Origin: Podarcis filfolensis
Lineage: Eukaryota
Assembly: GCA_964270895.1 (NCBI GenBank)
Contig: OZ185437.1
Strand: one strand, 5' to 3'
DNA length: 64,000 nucleotides
Positions 1 through 11,100 of this stretch are shown here, one piece after another. The first letter of the stretch is position 1, and each line of letters begins with the position of its first letter. Below the pieces are notes generated by a model. The model searched no databases and had not been told where the DNA came from. It saw only the letters and a program-made list of their open reading frames with translations. The position numbers and the translations under genes were made by a program.

Positions 1-1310
1 GTGCTGTCCTTCCTTCCCTGCAGCTTTCACAACATTAGACCGGACCGTGTCACGTGGGTGGCGTTCAGGTGTGTGTGGGGGGGGGAGGGCTGGACGCAGC
101 ATCCTAACAAATAAAAGCATGCGTTCTCGTTGGTAAACAAAACCCCTGCTTTTTAGAAGATGCGGGTTTTTATTTATTTTAATTATTAGTTTTCCTTCCA
201 TGTTTGGCCATGAGGACCAGTAAGTTGATCCTAGGCATGTTTACTTAGAAGCAAGTCTCACTCTAGATTCAATAGGGCTGGCTCTCAAATAAGCGTCCAG
301 ACAAAAGATTTGCCGCCTAGCTCCTCTTGGCCCTCAGAACCATGGTTGCTTCATTCATCACCATACACCTGGCCCAGAAGTCAGCAAGCAGTTTGGGCAA
401 AGGACGGTTGTTGCTTTTTTGCAGAGAATGGGGTGGGTCCCTGATGGAGCCCATTGCCACTTACTCAAATGACATTGATGCAAAGGCCTACTGGCATGGA
501 TTGGCATGGACTGTTCTTCCAAACCCCTCTTGGAAGGGGAAGGGTGACAGCAGAGCTTACTAGCTGCTGAATCCTATCATAAGGAACAGCTAATTTTCCC
601 ACCCATGTTACCCGAGATGCCTCTGCAGATGGGAAAAAACTGTTCACAATGCAGGCGATATTCTTCCTCCCAATTTAGGGTGGCAAGTGTGAGGTTCTCC
701 TTACAAGCCTAAGAAACAGTCTAGAGCAGATCTAAATGCCAAGGCCATTTAGCAAACTTCCATTTGTCTTCCCATTATGGTTTTCATCACTGTCCCTTGA
801 AATCTACTTCTTCCTGTATTTATAAAAGTAATTTTTCTTTTGTTAGACATTTTCTTTCTTTCTGCAGAGAGTCCACTGACTGAGGACAACTTGTCCTTTT
901 TCTGTTATGAAGTGCATCTTCTTTTCCAATTAGCTTCCTGCTTACCGCTTTAAAGATGACTTCCATCATACATATTTAAGAATCCATCAGTAGAGTAATC
1001 TTGATGTCAATAATTGGAAAAGGGAAGCCTTGTGGTTATGGGAATGTTGTTGCGCAACCAGGCAAACAAACATTAACAAATCAATGAACGTTTCAAAAAA
1101 TTGTGCATTTACTTGTATCTAACAGGACATGAATGATTATTACTTCACAACTGTACACTGTGGGAATGGGAGTGAAATGCTTCCTCTCTCTCCCCCTCCC
1201 CCCCAATTAGCCCACAATTGGAAAGCCAGAACAGAGACCTGGGTTCAGAACCACATTCTGCATCAAGTTTGCTAGGTGACCTTGAAATAATGATTATCTA
1301 AGAGTGTAGG

Positions 1311-1530
1311 CAGTGGTGAAGCTGCATGCTCCGCTACCAGGGGTGGAGAGCAGGTGGGGGTGTGGCTGGCGCCCCCCCCCCGGGGGGGCATGACGTGCAC
1401 CTGTGGGGGCATGGCGTCCGCCACATGGGGGGCATGGCGCATGTCTGGGGGGGCACCACGATGGCACCCTACTGGAATAATGGTATCGGGGGCGATCTGC
1501 TTCCTCCACACTCTGGTTCCTCCGCCAGTG
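1311..1530. mobile_element. GC-rich hAT-type MITE with perfect 8-bp TSD
   Basis: AGTGTAGG at 1303-1310 and 1531-1538; imperfect TIRs CAGTGGTGAAG / CACTGGCGGAG; internal GGGGGCATG repeats. Confidence 0.75.
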
Positions 1531-1615
1531 AGTGTAGGTTACGAGGAAGATGGGAGTATAGAGTCAGTTATGCCACCGGATCTCCTTAAAAGGGAAAGGA
1601 GGGGAATATGTAATA

Positions 1616-1861
1616 CAGTGGTACCTCTGGATGCGTACGGGATCCGTTCTGGAGCCCTGTTCGCATCCTGAAGCGAACGCAACCCGCGTCCCTGCGTCTG
1701 CGGGTTGCGATTCGCCGCTTCCACACATAACGTCATCTTGAGAGTCTGCGCATGTGCAAACGGCGAAACCCGGAAGTAACGCATTCTGTTACTTCTGGGT
1801 TGCCGCGGAGCACAACCCGAAAATGCTCAAGCCGAAGCTACTTCAACCTGAGGTATGACTG
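1616..1861. mobile_element. Tc1/mariner (Tigger-like) MITE, family A
   Basis: Ends CAGTGGTACCTC...GAGGTATGACTG with TA on both sides; similar to 7622-7866 and 39915-40149. Confidence 0.85.
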
Positions 1862-1947
1862 TACAACTATTTCTATTGCGTGTACTTTGGCTTAGTTAAG
1901 ATACTGGGCATAGCTCCAAAGGTTTTCCAGAAAAGGTGAATCATATA

Positions 1948-2169
1948 CAGTGGTACCTGGGTTAAGAACTTAATTCGTTTTGGATGTCCGTTCTTAAGCT
2001 GAAACTGTTCCTAACCTGAGGTACCACTTTAGCTAATGGGGTCTCCTGCTGCTGCTGCACCGCCGCCTGATTTCTGTTCTTATCCTGAAGCAAAGTTCTT
2101 AACCCGAGGTACTATTTCTGGGTTAGCGGAGTCTGTAACCTGAAGCATCTGTAACCCAAAGTACCACTG
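1948..2169. mobile_element. Tc1/mariner MITE, family B
   Basis: CAGTGGTACC...GTACCACTG with TA TSD; near-identical to 35545-35770 and 46188-46394. Confidence 0.88.
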
Positions 2170-3133
2170 TAGTTTAGCTCAGAAAACTGGGATCTAGTTT
2201 CAATCCCTTTGTGTACTAAATCTATGGAAAATATACGGAGTATACTTAATATAGACACTATACCTTTGGTGATACCCAGAGAATCTGCCATTCACATTTC
2301 AGATGAGTTGGTATATTAATTTGGTGCTAATTAGTAGTAATAAAGCTCACTGGCTTTTTGTCATGGAATACCATAGTAGTTTATCGTTTGTTAACAGGGT
2401 GCAACAGATGGAGCTGAAAATTTCCTGAATTTGGTAGCTATATGGCCACTATATAGATATTCCAGCAGAAGGTTGGACTTAATGGGGCAGTGGTTTTTAC
2501 ACCTTATAATCTCCTACCATAGAAGTCAAGACTTCAAACCTCTAGCTACTTAATGGGAAGCAAACCCCATTAAACTGAATGGTACCTGCTTCAGAATCGT
2601 CATATAGAGTCAGGGCTAGATTTCTCTCAGTAGGAATGTGGCAATTTTGTGCAATCCAAAATATCTTGCTAGAATTCTTGTTTTCCCACAATCCTTACTG
2701 TCACAGTAGTGACTGAAAGGCACAGAGTTCCTCAAATAAAAAAGCCCTCATGAATGGTTTCAACTTCTACAAGTGTTAAAATCTGTGTTCTTTCCATAGT
2801 TCTATTTTTATTTACATGTTTCCTTAAGACTTCTTTTCCCATTTATCTGATAAAAAGCAAGAGCTATACAAGATTGTATCTGCCCCTATTCAACCCACTG
2901 CTGACAGCACAGCCCTTTGCTATCAACAGTGAGCGATAACAGTGAGTAGTGGCAGATATACTCTGCTGTAATTCTTGCCTTAATTGTTTCTAGGGTGCAA
3001 GACTATAAGGTAGGACCAGCTTTGTTCTCCTGAAGCCAGGATCAAAGAGATATAAAAGGCTGCTAAAATACAGAAACAGGAAGTTAATAAAACATTTGCT
3101 ACACAAATAGCCTAAAGCCATGGTTCCATGTTA

Positions 3134-3386
3134 AAGGTAAAGGTACCCCTGCCCGGACGGGCCAGTCGTGTCCGACTCTAGGGTTGTGCGCCCATCTCAC
3201 TTAAGAGGCCGGGGGCCAGCGCTGTCCAGAGACACTTCCGGGTCACGTGGCCAGTGTGACAAAGCTGCTCTGGCGAGCCAGCACCAGCGCAGCACACGGA
3301 AACGCCGTTTACCTTCCCGCTATAACGCAGTACCTATTTATCTACTTGCACTTAGGGGTGCTTTCGAACTGCTAGGTGGGCAGGAG
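3134..3386 (-). mobile_element. 5'-truncated Sauria SINE with 13-bp TSD
   Basis: (ACCTTT)n tail and Sauria SINE body; TGGTTCCATGTTA duplicated at 3121-3133 and 3387-3399. Confidence 0.9.
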
Positions 3387-3848
3387 TGGTTCCATGTTAC
3401 TACCAACAAAAACAGCTGCTGGTGAGGAACAACATCCTTTAAGTACCCAACCTCAGCTATTTCTCCACGGACAACAAATAATGCTGCAAGAGTCTCCATT
3501 CATTGCAAAGCAAAGCAGTAATTTGGGGAAGTTTCATAGAATTATCCCATCTTTTACTTTTACAAAAATAAACCTGCAACACAATTTTGCCTTGCAAAAT
3601 TCTATTGAGAAGTGCCTACATTTTTATTGCTAGAGATGGAATGTGTCTGTTCCTCTGATTAGGCACCAATGGTGCTATTGCAACCAACCTCACATGAAAT
3701 ATTAATTGTAATATTTAATGGAATTATTCTTCATCGTTTCTAAGGGTGGTAAAAGCTATTTTAGCAAAAAGCTTTTGTGGTTTGCTGGTGCAGTTCAGAT
3801 TTTAGAATTTAGCATAAGAAGGAATAAGTCTTAGCTACTGCTATTTTT

Positions 3849-3995
3849 TGGTTGGACAGTGTTCTCGAAGCTACTGTACTAACATGAGTTTGACCAAACT
3901 GCAGGAGGCAGTGGAATACAGGAGTGCCTGGCGTGCTCTGGTCCAGGGGGTCACGAAGAGTCTGACACGACTAAGCAACAGCAACAACAACAAAT
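3849..3995 (+). mobile_element. BovB/RTE LINE 3' end fragment
   Basis: Encodes SLTKLQEAVEYRSAWRALVQGVTKS and ends in a (CAA)n tail; homologous to 34741-35108. Confidence 0.85.
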
Positions 3996-4557
3996 TGCAA
4001 TTTTTTAAGACCAGTTTATTTCTAGGCATTACCTTCATGAAGAGACCAGATTTACACTACTCCGCCCCCTCCAGTTTGTGATATGTTTTCTAAGCACAAT
4101 TTCCAATCCAAGCTTCTTTAAGTCAGGTGACCTCAGTATCTAGTGGAGTACAGCTTACCCTACCATTTCCTTAGATCACTGGACAAGCCTTAATTTCCAT
4201 TCTGGATACCATACCAAGGTCCCACGGAATCTAGTGATCAGAATGTGCCAAGGCACAGTTCAAGTGACAAAAACATTCTAGCATCTGTCCCTACAGCTAT
4301 GGAGAATGCATGGCTGTATTTTGCCACAAGCATACGTGTTTCCAACATGATAGTCACATGATGATGTCCCCATTTCCTAGCCCTGCATTTCCACATAGGA
4401 ACAGTGCATTAAGCAGCCCTCTGCTCACCCACATATTGAACCACAGCTCTTAACAAGTCAAGAAATAGTCCTTGCATTGATTTAAGTCTTGGTGCCATCG
4501 CATGTACCCATAACAACATATCTGAAGATTAACAGGCAAGCAAGAAATAAGTAGGGG

Positions 4558-4563
4558 TTTATT
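4558..4563 (-). terminator. Candidate COQ3 polyadenylation signal AATAAA
   Basis: First AATAAA I found on the minus strand after the COQ3 stop, about 400 nt downstream; not verified. Confidence 0.4.
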
Positions 4564-4967
4564 TCTTAGACAAGCTGCTGAACTAGGATAATAAAAAGCA
4601 ATTCAGCTATTTTACAAATACAAAATGTAGCATTTTAAACCAGTAACTCTAAAGTCTATGAAAATAATTATTTTCTGGAATTTTAGAGGCATGCATTTTA
4701 AGAACTCTTTCACAAAGAACTGCCCCTTTCCCAAAAACTTGCACAGCACACCTAATCTGTAGGTATACAATTGACTCATTATTTAACATAACCCATCTCT
4801 GAAATCTTTGTAGATCTGATACTGTGGAGAATGAACCATTCTTTACCACAAGACAGACTGGCAGACACATTCTAACATCCAGCACTGTGAACACAATACT
4901 GCTTGTTCCTTCCTGGTTCATTATAGTCATTTATGCAAATCTTCCTCCAACTTCCTACTACCTCTGG

Positions 4968-5173
4968 CTATAATGTCTTAGCCAGAGGTTCTGATGCCAT
5001 AGTTTTTGTCTGGAGCTGCTCTTTGTCTGTCTCTAGATTTGGATCCACTTGTTCCTGCATATCTGCTTTTACAGCATGGAGTGCATAGTTAATACTAGTG
5101 CTTTCAGTCCAGCTCCAGGACCCAAACAGGGGGTTGTACAACATTCCTTTCACTGTCTTGACTAAAAAGCCAT
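4968..5173 (-). CDS. COQ3: COQ3 terminal coding exon (NGFLVKTVKGMLYNPLFGSWSWTESTSINYALHAVK...AKTL*)
   Basis: Acceptor CTTTCTTACAG; TAG at 4968-4970. Confidence 0.95.
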
Positions 5174-8100
5174 CTGTAAGAAAGGAGAGAGAGACAGCAT
5201 AAGGAGACTATTCTTAAAAAGGTCCTAACATCCACAGTAAACATGTGCAAAATTTCCTGTAATGTCATTCTGGCACAATGGTGGTGTTGTCTCAATAAAC
5301 TGCGAGCCAAAGCAGCATTACGAACAGGTTTTAAATCTTGATGCTATCAAAACATTCAAGAATGTCCATCCCAAGTAAAATGTATCTTGCTGAATACAGT
5401 GCTACAAAGTCAAATTAGCACCTGGCTGATTATTTTTGAATTGTGACTAAAATCACAGGTTAACACATGCATTAACCCAAACTCAGAGTCAAAACAAAAT
5501 ACCTATCTTTAGAAAGTTGATGTTTATAATCATTTTTAAAGGACACCTACAATTTACACACCAACATTTTACACATCAGATGATCCAATAGTCAGTGTTT
5601 AGGTATATCTACATGTTCCTGTGTGTGTATATACCACTTCATCATTTCATTGTCAGCCCTCTCCCTCCCCCAAGTGGAATAAACACTGTTACCCAAACCT
5701 GCCACTTGTAGAACGGCACACTTGCCCCTTCCCAACCCCCTGATATCATACAGTAAATCTTCTCACTGATGCTTAATTAACATAAATTCCTAAAGCAGAG
5801 AAACTGTTTTATGATAGAATCCCTTCTGAAAAAAACACTTTAAATGCAACCTACAAAAATCAGGGTGAAAACAGGACACCAAAAAAGGACTAACAGGGCA
5901 AACCTATGTTCACTCGGAAGAAAGTCCTATTTAATTCAATAGAGCTCAACCCCAGGTAAGTGGGGTTAGAACTGCAGGACTCACTTCTGACAGGGACAAG
6001 ATGCTGCTCTCCCTGACACCTTCCCCCATTTAATTATTTACAGTCATTCTTCACCACTCTTCATCAAAGGATTCCAGGGTTGTGGGTGTAAGTGTGAACA
6101 AATTCACAACACTGTCTTTCACTTCCTGGTGTAAGCCTGGCAGGTCTTTTGATTTAGAAGAGTTTGGATTTGATATCCCGCTTTATCACTACTCAAAGGA
6201 GTCTCAAAGCGGCTAACATTCTCCTTTCCCTTCCTCCCCCACAACAAACACTCTGTGAGGTGAGTGGGGCTGAGAGACTTCAGTGTGACTAGCCCAAGGT
6301 CACCCAGCAGCTGCAGGTGGAGGAGCGGAGACGCGAACCCAGTTCCCCAGATTACGAGACTACCGCTCTTAACCACTACACCACACTGGCTCTAGATTTA
6401 GTATTTCATACACCTTAGATTCCCCCCACCCATTGACTACATATGATTACTCTGCAAAGCATGCTTGCTTTATGCGACACCTGTATCAAGGGATAGTTAA
6501 GGTCAGCTAGCAGCCAAACTTGAAGGAAGTTACTGACTATGTCCTTTCATTGGGGTTTAAACACTTACTTGACTCTAGGAGCCTCTCTAGCTCCTCAGGC
6601 GGTATGAACTTCTCCCAATCATGGGTGCCTGTCGGAACAATGCCCAATACTCTCTCAGCTACCACAATGCCAAAGATGTAGGACAGCTGTGATTTGTTGA
6701 TTGTAGTAATAAATAAGGAGCCTTCCGGCTTAAACAACAACAGCACAAGTGTTAGCACATCTGTCATATATACACAATATAACTAGCAGCATCCAGTTAG
6801 CGTGTGAAAATCAGGATTGTCACCAAAGTAAATAAAAAAAAATGTGGTTCAAGCTTAAATTGATTTTAAAAATCTTTACAGATTTTCAAGACATTGCAGC
6901 AGACACCATCTTAGAAAAAGAATTTCCTTACATATGTGCATATAATGCTTCTTCAAATATTATGCTTGCCTCCAGTTTTCTGGAATAAAACTATTTTAAA
7001 ATTCTGCCATCCCTACAAATACTGGCATCTTTCATGCCAATCACCAGATTTTTAATTGGTGAAACTAGCCTATCAGCCAAGTAATGTAGCCCTAAACATG
7101 TAGGCCTAGCCAAAACATATTTGCATGCATCAATTCAAAAACAGGTCTCATCAGAGCTGTTTGAATTTGTACTATAAGCAATGCAATTTACACTGAAGCC
7201 AAATTCAAATTTATTCATGTTACTATGGTTCTGAGATTGGTATACAGAATATCTGTTAAGCGTTACTGCAATATTTTTGTGCACTAATAACTGTTTGGCT
7301 GGTTTCTATAAGAAAACAATCTAGGGCCCCATCTGCATTCTATATTCAAAGCAGGATTGTATCACTTTAACAGTCATGTCTTTCCCCGCAAAATCCAGGG
7401 AACAGTAGTTTGTTAAGGGTGCTGAAAGTTGTGACAAGACTGCTATTCCTCTCGCAGAGGAATCTAATGGTTTAACAGTCAATCCCTCTTCGCAGGGAAT
7501 GCTGAGAGTTGTAGCTCTGTGAGGAACAGGGTGCCACAAGCCACACGGCAGGGTTATGTTATCGATAAACTACTATTATTTACCCTGGGGCCCTTGGGAT
7601 AAATAGAACTCAAAATATCTGCAGTCATACCTCATGTTACGTTTGCTTCATGTTATGTTTTTTCAGGTTGCGTCTCGTGGCGACGACAGAAAGGGTTACT
7701 TCCGGGTTTCGTCGCTCACGCATGCACAGAAGCACTAAATCGTGCTTTGCGCATGCGCACAAGCGCCAAATCGCACCAGCGTAGATACAGTGCTTCAGGT
7801 TGCGGGCTTTTCTTGTTGCGAACGGGCCTCTGGAACGGATCCCGTTCGCAACCAGAGGTACCACTGTACTTATTTATTTTGTGTTTTATAATTTATTTCC
7901 TTCATGTTTTTAGATCTGTACCCAGAACCCATTTATTGTCTGTTTAACATTTATTACCTCAGCAGGAAAAAGTGCAATATTCTAAAGGTTGTGTTTGTTT
8001 TCAATATGGATAATTTGAATCAATAAGGGTTGCATAAAATTACACTCTTTAGCACAAAGCAAATCAAAAAAAGGAAACCAATGCAAAACATTTCTTATAA

Positions 8101-11100
8101 TCAGCAGCTCAATTTTATAGTGCAAATGATTCAGCATTCTTTTTTTGCTTTCTTCCAACTCACTTTTAACACTTTGCTGCAGCACCTGATAAACATTTCC
8201 ACATCAGCCACATGTTCTACAACTTCAGAAGCTACAATGACGTCAAATGTGTCTGATGCCTCTTCCACAATATCCTCTAGCGTACAGGATTTGTACTGTA
8301 CTCTTTTAGCCAGGACTGGGTCAAATGATTTATGCAGTTCTGCTGTTCTAATGCTGTCTTCCAGAGGATCAATCCCAGTAACCGAAGCTCCCAGTCTACC
8401 TAGAGGCTAAGACCATAGACCCGTTAGTCTTTTCTGCTTAAAAAAAAATAGAATATGTAACCAAGTTGTTATTTGATTAGAAGGAAGTTACTGAAGAGCG
8501 TAAACTCCGAAGCTTCCTCCCTAACATCTATCCCTTTGGTGTCTCTCCACCCCCACCCCCACCCAAAAAACCCCCCTACTGGAATAATATAAGGGACAGC
8601 CCAATAATATTCAATTATTTAACTTTTTCTAGGTTGATTAAGGAGAACCGATCATCATAAGCATAGTTGCAGTTTAGACTGCCAGTTATAATAAATAGCT
8701 AATTATTTTGTCTTCTAGAAATTGTAGATCACAAATACACACTATGAGAAGTAAATCATGCATAAGGCTTCAATCCTGTCAGCACCTACTTTGAGAAGTA
8801 AATCATGCATAAGGCTTCAATCCTGTCAGCACCTACTTGGAAGTAAGGATCACTGAACACAGTGCAAAATAAAAGTAAAAAAAAAAAAACTTTGTGGAAG
8901 TTCCAGCAAATTAGGGAACTTCAACCCTTTCCACAAAATCAGTTGAAGTGTGTTCCGGCTCACAGTTTAGCTCTACAGCTAAATTCTGCATTTCCAGCAA
9001 GAACACAGCAACGTCCTGCCTGCACATAATAAATATGTGCATCGGCACACACACCATACCACTTTGCTTTACTCGACTATCTTACTCTAAATAATACCAT
9101 AATGAACTAATAGAGCAGATTGCAAGAGAGACTTCTAGTTAAACAAGTACTTGGAAGAACGAAATAAGCACTATTCAAAACTTCAGTGCTGTGCTACTTC
9201 AAAACAAAGGGTCAGGGATAAGAAAATTTATTATCAAAAGTTGTAAGCCCTACCTCAGTTAACAATCCACCACCACAGCCAACATCCAGGATCTTCACAC
9301 CAGAGAGAGGGCTTCCAGGCTGATGATCATTTCTCATATTTAAAACAGTATCTCTTACACAAAGTACAAAACAAATTATGTTTTAATTATGACCGTCCAC
9401 CAGTAAAGAGCTTTTAGTTGATCAAGTACACTTGCATATTACCAAAGCCTCAAAATGTTTGCCTTGTTGAGATATGGAATGAAATCGGGAAACTTTCTGA
9501 TTACTAAACAAAGGTTTAGGTTTATAAGAGGAAGAGTCATCCTTAATATTCTCTTCTTTTTCATCTCCTATTATAATACACACTCCAGAATCAACACTGG
9601 CTCAAAAATAAAGACCCATATGCTTACCTCATAGCTCCTATTATTAAAACACACCCTCACTAAGTGAAATTGGTCTCCACTAAGCTCAAATCCTATACAC
9701 CTTTATATGAGAGAAAGCCCCATTCAGCTCATTGGCACGTACTTGTGAATAGGACTGCTCATTCAGTCTACCACTTAAAGTCTACAGCTCCAGTTGTAAT
9801 AGCTTTGTACTCAGTAAATATTTAAGCTAAGCAATACAAATGAAGACACCTCTACTCTAAAAGGTGATGTGTTACAATTTTCAGATTCCCAGAAGTATGT
9901 AAAAGCTGACCCATTCCAAAACCTTACCTAATAAATGGCACTCTAATATCATTCATAGAATGAAGAGCTGCATAATCTCCATGCTCATCCCACCATTTAT
10001 GTGCCAGGAGTTGGAATTTTTTCATCTCCTTTGGATCGACTGTTGTTTGTGACATGCTGTAGTGTCGCTCTGTGAGTAACCTAAACATCAAAGGTGTTAC
10101 TACATTAGGTGGCATAAAAACAGGGATCAGCTAGCAAAAATTGATTTTAGAAGTGCAACAAGAAGTTTCCTTTATGGAAAAGAGAAATTTCACGAGTGGA
10201 TAAATTCAGATTACAGTTGGACCCCACATGATCGTTCCTTACATTGAAGGCTAATTTATTTGGGAAATAGTTTTATCAATGGCTAATAAACACAACAGCT
10301 TCATGGAAGCTGTTCAGGGAGTGACATTATGCCTCTGAATACCAATTGGTGGAGTATGAAAGATGGTGGTTTTCACGGCCTGCTTATGAACTTCAAAAAA
10401 ATCTAGCTAGCCACCCTAGGGTTAGTTGGGCCCTTGGTTTGAATCAACAGAGCACTTATTACATTCATGTTGACAAAGTCTAGCATGCAGAGACCCAATT
10501 ATATCTATTAGAGACTACAAACTATCTGACCTATGTAGAGACAAATAATTCACAAATCACATCCAGTAGTCCCTGAGGTGGATGTGCCAAATCCTGCTGC
10601 CCAATATATATAAATTATGCCTTACCACCATGTAATGACCCTTTTGTTTGAATAAAACAAATGGCTGTCCATTAGCAAGGTTTGCCATGCCACTACGTAA
10701 AACATTGGTGGCAGGGACACTAACATAGTGGCACAAAATGTGCTTTATGCTTATAATACAAAGGCACAAGCGCCCAGAATGCTACTAGTTTGTAGGCCAT
10801 GTACCAAGAGAGTTACAGATTACACTACTGTTATTTTTTTACTTATTAAGAAATGTATGAAAACCATAACCCCCTCAAAAAAAACCCACAACCTTCATTT
10901 TGAGCTGAGTCGATCATTATGAAGTAATCAGAAAATACAGAAAGTGTGGGAGGTCATTATTTTTGTTTATTACTATGTTATGCATTTTTGTGTTTTTATA
11001 TTGTAAACCACTCTGTGATCCTTGGATGAAGGATGGAACAGAAATTTAATAGATAAGAATAATACTCACATTGTGTTCCTCGCTTGAATCAAACTAACAA

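Noticed and set aside
1-130. CpG-containing stretch with CACGTG E-box, possibly the edge of the neighbouring (FAXC by synteny) promoter
   Set aside because: Too short, and no exon is visible in the window; the gene identity rests on synteny only.
1272-1784. GC-rich ORFs in the ORF track
   Set aside because: They lie within MITEs; GC-rich sequence is stop-poor and the peptides have no recognisable family.
10626-10719. Alternative candidate for COQ3 exon 2 (94 nt, phase-compatible, donor GTAAG)
   Set aside because: Weak acceptor (TATGTTAG) and no resemblance to COQ3; 11070-11181 has strong sites at both ends and an open frame.
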